Assembly: GCA_035687145.1 (NCBI GenBank)
Contig: DASRYM010000051.1
Span: 2,309-66,308 of the forward strand
Source: Candidatus Zixiibacteriota bacterium
Lineage (GTDB): Bacteria > Chloroflexota > Limnocylindria > QHBO01
Direction of reading: 5' to 3'
DNA: 64,000 nucleotides
A model generated the notes under the pieces. The model had not been told where the DNA came from. It did not search any database and saw only the letters and a program-made list of their open reading frames with translations. The number at the start of each line of letters is the position of its first letter. The first letter of the stretch is position 1. The position numbers and the translations under genes were made by a program. Positions 47,644 to 56,391 of the stretch are shown here, in pieces.

Positions 47644-48516
47644 GTGCTCGGCTACCCTGTCGCCGTGGAGCGGGCAGGCGTCCTGTACCTGGTTCCGGTT
47701 CCGATCGGGAACGCCGAGGACATCACGCAGCGCGCCATCCGCACGTTGCGGGAGGTGGACGTGGTGGCGGCCGAGGACACCCGGGACTTCGGCGAGCTGG
47801 CGCGTCGCCACCGGTTGCGCACGCCATCGGTCAGCTATCACGACCACAACGAGCGGGAGCGCGCGCCGGAGCTGCTCGACCGCCTGCGGGCCGGCACGTC
47901 GGTGGCGCTGGTCAGCGACGCCGGCACGCCCCTGCTCAACGACCCCGGATTCCGCCTGGTGCGCGCCGCCATCGAGGCGGGCGTGTCCGTGGTGGCCCTT
48001 CCGGGTCCGTCGGCGGTGACCACCGCCCTCGCGGTCTCAGGCCTGCCGGCGATCCCCTTCCGCTTCTGCGGCTTCCCGCCGCGGACCGCAGCGGCGCGCC
48101 GCGCCTGGTACCGGGCGTTGGCCCACGACGACGCCACGCTGGTCTGCTTCGAGGCCCCGCACCGGCTGATCGGCTCGCTGGAGGACGCCGCCGCGGCGCT
48201 CGGCGACCGGCAGGCAGCGCTGGCCCGCAACCTGACCAAGCCCCACGAGCGCGTCCAGCGCGGCCGGTTGCGCGCTCTGGCGGCCCTGTTGCGCGGCGAG
48301 GGCGAGGTGCGCGGCGAGGCCACCGTCGTGATCGCCGGCGACCCGGAGGGGCCCGCGGCGGCGGCAGCCGCCCGCGCCGAGGAGGCCGCCGCCCTCCTGC
48401 TCGAGGCCGGCGTCGGGTCCCGGACCGTCGGCGACCTGCTGACCCGGGTCCACGGCCTGCGGCGCCGCGAGACCTACGACCTGATCCAGCGCCTCCAGCG
48501 GAGCCGCCACCGATGA
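47644..48516 (+). CDS. rsmI: 16S rRNA (cytidine1402-2'-O)-methyltransferase
   Basis: LYLVPVPIGNAEDITQRAIRTLREVDVVAAEDTR and LVSDAGTPLLNDPG tetrapyrrole-methylase-fold motifs. GTG start (uncertain). Confidence 0.9.
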   Translation: MLGYPVAVERAGVLYLVPVPIGNAEDITQRAIRTLREVDVVAAEDTRDFGELARRHRLRTPSVSYHDHNERERAPELLDRLRAGTSVALVSDAGTPLLNDPGFRLVRAAIEAGVSVVALPGPSAVTTALAVSGLPAIPFRFCGFPPRTAAARRAWYRALAHDDATLVCFEAPHRLIGSLEDAAAALGDRQAALARNLTKPHERVQRGRLRALAALLRGEGEVRGEATVVIAGDPEGPAAAAAARAEEAAALLLEAGVGSRTVGDLLTRVHGLRRRETYDLIQRLQRSRHR

Positions 48517-49319
48517 CCGAGGAGGTCACCGCGCGCGTGCGGCGATCCGCGCGGTACCGGGACGTGGACCGCGCGCTCCTCACCCGCCTCGCCGAGGAGG
48601 AGCTGCCCCGGTCGCGGAACGCGGACGACGCCGCCAAGCGCGTGAAGCGCCGGCTGCACCAGGCCGTGGGCGCCTTTCGCGGCGCGCGTGACGCGCGCCT
48701 GCTCACGGGCCTGCACGCAGCATGGAACGGCTCGCTGCACGACCCGGCCTTCCGGGACGCCTGCCGCGCGGCGCTGGCGACCCACGCGTCCACCTGTGAG
48801 CGGCTGCCGGTGATCGAGGAGCTCTACACCCGGGCGTGGGAGCGGACGGGCGGCCCGCCGCGCCGCCTCGCGGACCTGGGCTGCGGCCTGAACCCGCTGG
48901 CCCTCCCCTGGATGGGGCTCCGGCCGGACGCCTTCTACCTGGCCGTGGATGCCGACCGTCGGCCGCTGGAGCTGGCGGACGCCTTCCTCACGCTGGTCGG
49001 CCAGCCCCACCAGGCACGTGCCACCGACCTGGTGACCGACCCGCCCCGCGACTCCATCGACGTGGCGCTGCTCCTCAAGCTGGTCACCACCCTGGACCGC
49101 CAGGACCCGAACGCCGCGGCCCGTCTCCTGCGGACCGTCGACGCCCGGCACGCCGTGGTCAGCTTCCCGGGCGCCTCGCTGGGTGGCCGCGGCAAGGGCA
49201 TGGAGCGCACCTATCGCGCCCGCCTGGAGCAGCTGGCCGACCAGCTCGGCCCGCGGCTGTCCGGGGTGGCGGAGGCATCAGTCCCGGGCGAGCTCGCCTT
49301 CGTGCTGACGCTGACGTGA
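48513..49319 (+). CDS. 16S rRNA (guanine1405-N7)-methyltransferase family protein (FmrO/Rmt/Arm/Sgm/Kgm aminoglycoside-resistance type)
   Basis: Collinear, from memory, with RmtB-type proteins: SARYRDV, RLHQAVGAF, THASTCERL, DLGCGLNPLALPWM, DVALLLKLVTTLDRQ, VVSFPGASLGGRGKGMERTY. ATGA overlap with rsmI. Confidence 0.85.
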   Translation: MTEEVTARVRRSARYRDVDRALLTRLAEEELPRSRNADDAAKRVKRRLHQAVGAFRGARDARLLTGLHAAWNGSLHDPAFRDACRAALATHASTCERLPVIEELYTRAWERTGGPPRRLADLGCGLNPLALPWMGLRPDAFYLAVDADRRPLELADAFLTLVGQPHQARATDLVTDPPRDSIDVALLLKLVTTLDRQDPNAAARLLRTVDARHAVVSFPGASLGGRGKGMERTYRARLEQLADQLGPRLSGVAEASVPGELAFVLTLT

Positions 49320-50401
49320 GCGCCCTGCAGACCCGCGCCGGGAGCCTGGCCGTCCCGGTCTTCCTGCCCGATGCCACCCGCGCCGGCGTGCGCGGCCTGA
49401 CTGCCGACGACCTGCGCGCGGTCGGCATCGAGGGCGTGGTGGTCAACGCCTTCCACCTGCTGCGACGCCCGGGGATGCGGGTCATCGGTGCGGCGGGTGG
49501 GATCCATCGGTTCATGGACTGGGATGGACCGATCCTGTCCGACTCGGGCGGGTTCCAGGTCTGGTCGCTCATCCGCCAGGACCCGGCCCGGGGCGTGATC
49601 CGCGACAACGAGGTCATCTTCCGCGAGCCGTCCACCGGCGAGCGCTGGAATTTAACCCCGGAGCGCGTGATCCAGGTGCAGTTCCAGCTGGGGTCGGACA
49701 TCGTGGTCTGCCTGGACGACTGCACCGCCGCCGACGACTCCCCGGCCGAGCAGGCGCGCGCCGTGGAGCGCACCGTGCGCTGGGCGCGCCGCTGCCGCGA
49801 GGAGTTCGACCGCCTGGCCGGGCAGCTCCGCAACCGGCCGCCGCCGCTCATCTTCGCCGTTGTCCAGGGCGGGACGTCGGAGGAGCTGCGCCGCCGGTGC
49901 GCGGCCGAGCTGGCCGCGATCGGCTTCGACGGCTACGGCTTCGGCGGCTGGCCGTTCGACGCCGACGGCTCCCTCCTGCGCGACCCGCTGCGCTGGGCGG
50001 TGGAGGGCCTGCCGGCCGGCGCCCCCAAGCACGCGCTGGGACTGGGCCGGCCGGACCACGTGGTCACCTGCCACGCGCTGGGCTACACCGTCTTCGACTC
50101 CTCGCTGCCCACCCGCGACGCCCGCCACGGACGGCTCTACGCGTTCCGCCCCGGCTGGCCCGGCCGCCCGTTGAAGCCCGGCGCCGGCTTCTTCCGGGCG
50201 GTCCGCATCATGGACGCCCGCTACCGATCGGACGCCGCACCGATCGAGGACGGCTGCGACTGCCCCGCCTGCGCCCGGCTGTCGCGCGCCTACCTGCACC
50301 ACCTGTTCAAGGTGGGCGACGCCTCAGCCGAACGGCTGGCCACCATGCACAACCTGCGCTTCTACGTTCGCCTCTTCGAGGCGCTCCGCGAGGGGCGGTG
50401 A
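49316..50401 (+). CDS. tgt: tRNA-guanine transglycosylase (queuine tRNA-ribosyltransferase)
   Basis: MDWDGPILSDSGGFQVWSL, QLGSDIVVCLDDCT, FDGYGFGG, and the Zn motif CDCPAC...H. GTG at 49316 overlaps the preceding stop (GTGA). Confidence 0.88.
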   Translation: MSALQTRAGSLAVPVFLPDATRAGVRGLTADDLRAVGIEGVVVNAFHLLRRPGMRVIGAAGGIHRFMDWDGPILSDSGGFQVWSLIRQDPARGVIRDNEVIFREPSTGERWNLTPERVIQVQFQLGSDIVVCLDDCTAADDSPAEQARAVERTVRWARRCREEFDRLAGQLRNRPPPLIFAVVQGGTSEELRRRCAAELAAIGFDGYGFGGWPFDADGSLLRDPLRWAVEGLPAGAPKHALGLGRPDHVVTCHALGYTVFDSSLPTRDARHGRLYAFRPGWPGRPLKPGAGFFRAVRIMDARYRSDAAPIEDGCDCPACARLSRAYLHHLFKVGDASAERLATMHNLRFYVRLFEALREGR

Positions 50402-50402
50402 C

Positions 50403-50749
50403 CTACTCCCTCCGGCGGAAGTTCACGACCGCGAAGCCCAGCATCAGCACCCCGAAGCCCAGCAGGATGGCCGCCTCCACGCCGATCGGCAGCGTCCAGC
50501 CGCGTAGCTGGTATCGGCCGCGCCGAAGCCACCGCCCAGCGAGGACCCCAGCCCGGCGCCGAAGACGACCAGGAAGAGGATCGGCTGGGCCAGGGAGATG
50601 ACGATGCGCGGGCGCTCGCGCCACCAGCGCAGGATGTCGCGATACCAGACGATGTAAATGGCGCGCAGCGTGCCGGACAGCCCCGAGGCGCGGCGGCGGT
50701 TCGCCGCGGCGCCCGCGGCGGTGATGGTGCGGGGGTTGGCGGCGGTCAT
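50403..50749 (-). pseudogene. ABC-2 exporter permease remnant (internal deletion plus frameshift)
   Basis: The N-terminal ~85 codons (LRAIYIVWYRDILRWWRERPRIVISLAQPILFLVVFGAGLGS) run straight into a C-terminal-like tail (LPIGVEAAILLGFGVLMLGFAVVNFRRRE) in another frame. Total length is 347 nt, against about 750 nt expected. Confidence 0.7.
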
Positions 50750-51729
50750 CGGTTTCCTCTCATGCGGCGTCCGAACATCTTCATGGGGTTCTCCGCCTCC
50801 TCGTCGCGGATGGCGTGGCCGGTGAGCTTCAGGAACACGTCGTCCAGGCTCGGGCGCCGGAAGGAGACCGACGTCACCGGCACGCTCGTCTCGCGGACGA
50901 GGCGCGGAACGAAGGCGGCGGCATCGGGCACCTCGACCCGCAGGCTCTACCCGTCGACCATCGGCTCAACGCCAAAGGTGGTGGCGATCTCGGCGGCGGC
51001 CCTGGCGTTGTCGCCGGTGGCGATGGTCACCACGTCCCCGCCGACCATGGCCTTCAGCTCGGCCGGCGTGCCGAGCGCCACGATCCGCCCACCGTCGATG
51101 ACGGCGATCCGGTCGCACTCCTCGGCCTCGTCCATGTAGTGGGTCGTCATGAACAGCGTCACCCCGGCCGTCTCGCGCAGGTTGCGCAGGTACGTCCAGA
51201 TGTGGCGCCTGGTCTGGGGGTCGAGCCCGATGGTCGGCTCGTCCAGGAACAGCACCTCCGGCGTGTGCAGCATCCCGCGTGCGATCTCCAGCCGGCGGCG
51301 CATGCCGCCGGAGAAGGTCTGCACCAGCGAGCCGGCCCGGTCGGAGAGCTCGACCATCTCGAGCACCTCCTGGATGCGGGCGGCGCGCTCGTTCCCGGGA
51401 ACGCCGTAGATGAAGGCGTGGAACTCCCGGTTCTCCCGGGCGCTGAGCTGGATGTCGAGCGAGGGGTCCTGGAACACCAGGCCGATGCTGGCGCGCACGT
51501 CGTCCGGCTGCCGCACCACGTCGAAGCCGGCCACCCTGGCGCTCCCGGAGGTTGGACCGATGAGGGTGCACAGGATGTTGATGTTCGTCGACTTGCCGGC
51601 CCCGTTCGGGCCCAGGAAGCCGAAGATCTCCCCCGGCCTGACCTCGAGGTCGATCCCTTTGACCGCCTCGATCTCTCCGAAGCGCTTCGTCAGCTCGTGC
51701 GCCTCGATCACCGCCGCGGACCCGGTCAT
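50746..51729 (-). pseudogene. ABC transporter ATP-binding protein (DrrA-like) interrupted by an in-frame TAG
   Basis: Walker A GPNGAGKST, FSGGMRRR and LFLDEPTIGLD are intact. TAG at 50947-50949 is in the same frame as the following 66 codons, which encode the expected C-terminal domain (PSLDDVFLKLTGH). Confidence 0.65.
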
Positions 51730-52298
51730 GCGTCCAGCTCTCCGTCGTCCTCGGCCAGCAGCCCGTACAGGCGCCGGCGGGCGTCCACCAGGATCTCCCG
51801 GGCGCGCGCGTTGGCCTCGGCCGAGCCGTGGCGCTTGACCTGCACCGCGGCACCGATGATTCCCATCGCCAGCTTCCGCAGGTCCATTGCCTCGGTACCC
51901 GCGTCGGCGTCGAACCACGGGTCGCGGCCCAGGGGATTCATCTCGTCGGCCTTGCGGCCGGCATCGGTCAGGCTGTACGTCCGGCGGCCGTCGACCTCAT
52001 CGCCCCGGATCAGCCCCTCGTCCTCCAGCAGCTGGAGGGTCGGGTAGATCGAGCCGGCGCTCGGGCGCCATCGGCCTCCCGTCTTCCGCTCGAGCTCCTG
52101 GATGATCTGGTAGCCGTGCATCGGCTCGTCGCGCAGCAGGGCCAGGATGGCGTTGCGCACGATCCCACGCCGCACCGCGCCGCCGCGGTCGCGGCCGAAG
52201 ATGGCCCGCAGGCCGAGGCCGTGGTCGTGGAGGTGCCGGCGCAGGTGTCGCCGGCGTTCGGTGTGTGTCGTCATGTCGTTCTTCAGACCCTCAGTCAT
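51726..52298 (-). CDS. PadR-family transcriptional regulator
   Basis: LALLRDEPMHGYQIIQELERKTGGRWRPSAGSIYPTLQLLEDEGLI. ATGA overlap with the ABC ATPase gene. Start is 52298 or 52274. Confidence 0.9.
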   Translation of the reverse strand: MTEGLKNDMTTHTERRRHLRRHLHDHGLGLRAIFGRDRGGAVRRGIVRNAILALLRDEPMHGYQIIQELERKTGGRWRPSAGSIYPTLQLLEDEGLIRGDEVDGRRTYSLTDAGRKADEMNPLGRDPWFDADAGTEAMDLRKLAMGIIGAAVQVKRHGSAEANARAREILVDARRRLYGLLAEDDGELDA

Positions 52299-52314
52299 GC
52301 GCTATGTCACGCTG

Positions 52315-52334
52315 CATCACGATATATCGCGATG
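52315..52334. promoter_or_regulatory. 20-bp near-palindrome CATCACGATATATCGCGATG in the AT-richer PadR divergent gap, a candidate PadR operator
   Basis: 9 of 10 mirrored pairs match. It lies 17 nt upstream of the PadR start, between two PadR-type genes. Confidence 0.4.
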
Positions 52335-52356
52335 TAGTCGGATGTCAAGGTCATAA

Positions 52357-52655
52357 CCGCGGCAAGACGCGGGGCGTGATGCGCAGCTGCTGGTCCTGAT
52401 CAGCCTTGCCTCGGGGCCGAAACACGGGCACGCCATCATGCTCGACATCCAGCAGGTCGCCGGACGTCGGCTTGGCCCCGGCACCTCTACGGCGCCATCG
52501 AGCGTCTCGAGAAGGCCGGACTCATCGCGGCGGATCCGCCGCAGGATCGCCGCATCCCCTATCGGCTGACCGATCAAGGGCTCACGGCGCTCCACCGGCG
52601 TCTCGATTCCATCGAGGTGATCGCCCGCGTCGGTTCGCAGCGAGTCGCGCGATGA
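52357..52655 (+). pseudogene. PadR-like regulator, frameshifted and lacking a start codon
   Basis: Frame A encodes LLVLISLASGPKHGHAIMLDIQQVAGRRLGPG. Frame B continues TLYGAIERLEKAGLIAADPPQDRRIPYRLTDQGL. The junction ggcacctctac looks like a 1-nt deletion, and there is no ATG/GTG/TTG after the upstream TAA at 52354. Confidence 0.7.
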
Positions 52656-52813
52656 GGTGGCTGCTGGTGTACTGGTTCGCCGAGAACCTTGTGACGGCGG
52701 CTCGCCGCCGTCAGCTGCCTCCTGACCGGCACTCGCGCTCGGCCCGCATGGCGGCGCCGGCGCGGTCGGCGACCGCGGTCAGGAACTCGGCCATGGCGGC
52801 CAGCTCCGCGGAC

Positions 52814-52846
52814 CAAGGCCCCCCGGCCGTGCGACCGGGGGCCTTG
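52814..52846 (-). terminator. GC-rich hairpin downstream of the surface-protein gene
   Basis: CAAGGCCCCCCGG - 8-nt loop - CCGGGGGCCTTG (12-bp stem with one bulged C), 32 nt beyond the stop at 52878. No U-tract follows. Confidence 0.45.
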
Positions 52847-52877
52847 CGGGTAAGACCGGCTCGTCAGCCGGCCGGCA

Positions 52878-55565
52878 CTAGCTGCGGCTGCGGTCCGTCC
52901 TGACGTTCGCCCAGGCGAGCGCGCCGAGCGAGGCCAGGAGGATCAGCCCGAACACCACGGTCGGAATCGGGCTGGGTCCGCCCAGGTTGGCCATGGCGCT
53001 ATCCGGGATGCTGGCCGCCGGCGTGCCGGTGCCGGCCTCGACCGACTGCTCGGGCCTCGGGCTGGCGGTGGCCGTGGCGGTGATGGTGGGCGTCGCGGTG
53101 GCCGTGGGCGTGTGCGTAGGTGTCGGCGTATCCGCCGGCGTCGCGGTGGCCGTGGGTGTCCCTGTGGGTGTCGCCGTGACCGTGGGCGTGTGCGTGGGTG
53201 TCGGCGTATCCGCCGGCGTCGCGGTGGGCGTGGGCGTGTCCGTCGCCGCCGGGACGTCGCAGACGTCGCCGAGGCCGTCGGCGTCTGCATCCGACTGGTC
53301 GGCGTTGGCCACGTCGGGGCAGTTGTCAAAGGCATCGCCGACGCCGTCGCCGTCCGAGTCGACGAGGGTCGCGGTCTCGGTATCGGAGCCGCTGGCGCCC
53401 AGATGTTGCGTGACCGTGACCGTGATGGTGTACGTCAGGCCGTCCGGCGGCGGGGCGCCGTCGTACACGTGCGTGAACTCGAAGAACAGCGCTTCGCTGC
53501 AGAACAGCGGCCCGCAGCGGCCGAGCCCCAGCGGGTGGTACCACGTCTGCGTCGCGACGTACGGGCAGAGCACCGTGAAGGGCGCGCAGGGATACGCGTG
53601 TGTGGTGATCTCGCCGTCGCCCCAGTCGATCTCGATGACCCCCGGGTCGCGCTCGGCGTCGAAAATGAACCCGCGCAACCGCGCCGGCTGCCCCGGTTCG
53701 AGCCCCGCGCGTTCGCTGTCCGGGTCGATGAACTCGAGGCATAACGGGCAGGACGCCGGGTTGAGGATCACGCCCGGAGCATCCTCGCGCGGGAACACAT
53801 TGATCGTGACGGTCGCCGGGTCGCCGTCACGCGTGTAGGTGAACGTGAAGACGCCCGCGAAGTTCAGCGCTGGCGTGAACCTGAACGAACCGTCCGGCAA
53901 CAGCACGACCTGGTGCGCGGATGGGTCCGCGACCGGTTCACCCGTGCCGGTATCGTTGGCCAGCACGCCCGGGGCGGGCACGTTAAGCGGCGTGTCCTCC
54001 TCGGTGAAGTAGAAGTCGTTTGCCGCAGGGTTATTTGCGATCGACACGGTAATGATTCCCGACCCCGAGCCGCCGGACGCGATCGCGAACTGGTACGCGA
54101 AGAGCCGCTGGTCGGCACTGCCGTCGGGCGTGTAGAGGATGGTGCCGTCCGGGATGACGTCGATCGTCCCGGCCGGGCCGATCGGGGGAGGGAGCACCTG
54201 CAGCGACGACCGATCGATCAGGCCGTCCGGATCGATGTCATTGTCCAGCGGCCTGATCCGGATGGGCTCGCCTCGCGATGCCGTGACGACGTCATCCACC
54301 GTCTGCGGCACGTCGACAACCGGGTTGACGATGACCGATACCGTCGCGGAGCGGGGCGCCACGTTTGTCGGATCAATGCTCCTGGCGGTGTACTCGAATG
54401 AATCGACTCCGTGGAAGTTCGGGTGGGGCGTGTAGACGTAGGCAATGATGGCGCCTATCGGCAGACAATTCAGGCCGTTGCAGATCTGAGGTGTCAGTGT
54501 GCCGTGCGCCGGCAGCGTCGTTGCGCTGTCGAATATGAGCGAGTCGTGGTCGTTGGCCATGATCTCCGCGGGCGTGATGGTGAGCGGCACGTCTTCGTCC
54601 GTGGAGAACGCATCATCGAGCGCGACAGGGGAGGAGGGAGTGGGCGGCGGAACCACGTTGATCGTGACCGTCCCCATGCCATCGGGATGGGTAGGCGGGT
54701 GTTGGGGGCCGGTGCCGATATCCTGTGGGTCCGACGTCGCGTAATAGAACGTAGTCGAACCGACGAATCCGGGAATTGGAATGAATTCGAGCGCGCCCGA
54801 CGTGCTCAGAAGGCGGACCTGCCCGCCGAAGACGGGCAGAAACGACCCTATCCGCCTGGTATGGAATTCGCCGGGATTGGCAGGTAGGGCCAAACCCACC
54901 GCCTGGCCAGGTGAAACATCATTCCTGAGTACGCCGCACCCGCTCTCCGAGCAGATGATGGAAGTGGTAAACGTCTGGTCGCTTGTCGTGGTGAAGGTAT
55001 CGTCGATCAGGCGGCCCGTGGGGGGCGGGATGGTGACGGTTCCGACGCGTCCGAAGCAGTCTCCGGCAGGGGTCGTAAGGACGTACTTGAACGAATCCCC
55101 GCCCGTGTAGCCGGCGACCGGCACGTAGGTGTACGAACCGTCCAGGCCAAGCGAGAACTCTTGCGCGTGCTGCGGCGGCTCAATAAGCCTGGCCTCCGCG
55201 CCTTCAGAAACGAACCATTCGTTGACCAGCAGGCCGGCATCCGCAGGGACCGCGACGCCGAGCAGGCTGGGCCCGAAGACGTAGCGTCCATCATTTCGCG
55301 GAGCCACATCATCGACCGCAGCTCTCTCGCCGTTCGGTCCGAAGGAGTTGAACATAAAGAGATCCCAAACCGCCGCCGGCGGACATTCATACGGCGCCTG
55401 CACGGCCGCATGGGCAGGTGCGGCATGGCGAGCTGCCAGCACGGTGAACAGCAACGCGGCGACTGCCACGGCCAGGATCCAGCCAGGCCAGCCGCGTGCG
55501 ATTCTCAGCGACATCCGGTGCAGGGAAAGCGCGCCCATCATCGATCTCCTGGTGTTCCTCCCCAT
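52878..55565 (-). CDS. Large secreted/cell-surface protein: signal/TM, multiple cadherin-like/VCBS Ig-type repeats, PKD-like unit, thrombospondin type-3 Ca-binding repeats, Pro/Thr linker, C-terminal TM anchor
   Basis: Recurrent DD..(S/T)T.ED.PL.(I/V)...(L/M)ANDxD and DSF.Y motifs, [44 protein letters not shown], a TPTPT-rich tract, and the tail [30 protein letters not shown]. The exact start among several Met codons is uncertain. Confidence 0.85.
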   Translation of the reverse strand: MGRNTRRSMMGALSLHRMSLRIARGWPGWILAVAVAALLFTVLAARHAAPAHAAVQAPYECPPAAVWDLFMFNSFGPNGERAAVDDVAPRNDGRYVFGPSLLGVAVPADAGLLVNEWFVSEGAEARLIEPPQHAQEFSLGLDGSYTYVPVAGYTGGDSFKYVLTTPAGDCFGRVGTVTIPPPTGRLIDDTFTTTSDQTFTTSIICSESGCGVLRNDVSPGQAVGLALPANPGEFHTRRIGSFLPVFGGQVRLLSTSGALEFIPIPGFVGSTTFYYATSDPQDIGTGPQHPPTHPDGMGTVTINVVPPPTPSSPVALDDAFSTDEDVPLTITPAEIMANDHDSLIFDSATTLPAHGTLTPQICNGLNCLPIGAIIAYVYTPHPNFHGVDSFEYTARSIDPTNVAPRSATVSVIVNPVVDVPQTVDDVVTASRGEPIRIRPLDNDIDPDGLIDRSSLQVLPPPIGPAGTIDVIPDGTILYTPDGSADQRLFAYQFAIASGGSGSGIITVSIANNPAANDFYFTEEDTPLNVPAPGVLANDTGTGEPVADPSAHQVVLLPDGSFRFTPALNFAGVFTFTYTRDGDPATVTINVFPREDAPGVILNPASCPLCLEFIDPDSERAGLEPGQPARLRGFIFDAERDPGVIEIDWGDGEITTHAYPCAPFTVLCPYVATQTWYHPLGLGRCGPLFCSEALFFEFTHVYDGAPPPDGLTYTITVTVTQHLGASGSDTETATLVDSDGDGVGDAFDNCPDVANADQSDADADGLGDVCDVPAATDTPTPTATPADTPTPTHTPTVTATPTGTPTATATPADTPTPTHTPTATATPTITATATASPRPEQSVEAGTGTPAASIPDSAMANLGGPSPIPTVVFGLILLASLGALAWANVRTDRSRS
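53104..53240. repeat. In-frame 78-bp tandem duplication inside the Pro/Thr linker of the surface-protein gene
   Basis: The 47-nt blocks at 53104-53150 and 53182-53228 differ at one base. They encode [13 protein letters not shown](V/A)TATPT twice. Confidence 0.85.
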
Positions 55566-55665
55566 GGGTCATCCAGCAGCGAGGAATCGGTTCACGTTGC
55601 GCATGGCAGCCCTGGATCGTAGGCCGTGGGGCGAGGTGCGTCGTTCGCGAACGCAACACGTGGAA

Positions 55666-55681
55666 TGTCGCGATCGAGACA
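55666..55681. promoter_or_regulatory. CRP/FNR-like palindrome TGTCG-N6-AGACA upstream of the surface-protein gene
   Basis: TGTCGCGATCGAGACA (7 of 8 mirrored pairs) lies about 100 nt upstream of the first Met of the 895-aa gene and 54 nt downstream of the Crp-family gene. A second perfect palindrome, CGTTCGCGAACG, is at 55642-55653. Confidence 0.35.
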
Positions 55682-55734
55682 TTGGCCCCCGTCGAATCAG
55701 CGACCTCGACAGGAAGGCGGGAGCGTGATGCGCA

Positions 55735-56391
55735 TCAGTAAGCGCGCTGCGCGAGCGAGGCGGCGTCGAGCAGGAGAACTTTGCCGCGGCGGCGCTCGAT
55801 CGTGCCGAACCGGGCTTCTTCTCCCAGGACACGGTTGACGGTGGCGCGGCTCGCGCCGGCGAGGGCGGCGATGTCCGCCTGTGTCAGGGGGATCGTGGTG
55901 CGGCCGGCGCCGCTGCCGTACACCTCCCCAAGCTCGAGCAATCGGCGCCGAACGCGTCGGTCGGCGTCCACGTAGAGGGCCTCGAGCAACCGTATGCCCG
56001 TCAGATACAGGTCCCGGGCCGACAGGGCGAGCAGGACATCGTTCATCACCGGGTAGTCGGCCCGCAGCTCGTCCACTTGAGGCCGGAACAGCTCGAGCGT
56101 CTCGCCTTCGCCGAGCGACAGCGCCGTCATGGCGCGCACGGTGTCGATCGGCGCGACGGCCACGCGGCCGAACACGTCACCCCGCGCATAGATGCGGAAC
56201 AGGTAGACGTGGCCCTCCGCCGTGGTGACACGCAGGGCGAAGTGCCCGCTGAGGACGATCTGGATCGAGTCACCCGGGTCCCCCTCGTGGAACACGATCT
56301 CGCGGGCGCGGAACCGGCGCCGTCTGGCGCGCGCAACCAACGCGTCCGCCAGCCCGGAGTCGAGGGTGTCGAACGGTGATGGCAGGTCCAT
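55735..56391 (-). CDS. Crp/Fnr-family transcriptional regulator (cNMP-binding domain plus HTH)
   Basis: REIVFHEGDPGDSIQIVLSG beta-roll and C-terminal LTQADIAALAGASRATVNRVL HTH. Start taken at MDLPSPF (56391). Confidence 0.88.
   Translation of the reverse strand: MDLPSPFDTLDSGLADALVARARRRRFRAREIVFHEGDPGDSIQIVLSGHFALRVTTAEGHVYLFRIYARGDVFGRVAVAPIDTVRAMTALSLGEGETLELFRPQVDELRADYPVMNDVLLALSARDLYLTGIRLLEALYVDADRRVRRRLLELGEVYGSGAGRTTIPLTQADIAALAGASRATVNRVLGEEARFGTIERRRGKVLLLDAASLAQRAY

Noticed and set aside
50947-50949. In-frame TAG in the ABC ATPase as programmed recoding (for example pyrrolysine or readthrough)
   Set aside because: There are no pyl genes or recoding signals, and the adjacent permease is grossly deleted. 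A simple nonsense mutation in a decaying operon is more parsimonious.
52655-52878. Short ORFs (for example MRWLLVYWFAENL... on + and ...AELAAMAEFLTAVADRAGAAMRAERE on -) between the PadR pseudogene and the adhesin stop
   Set aside because: They are too short, lack start codons or family resemblance, and lie in a region that already shows gene decay.
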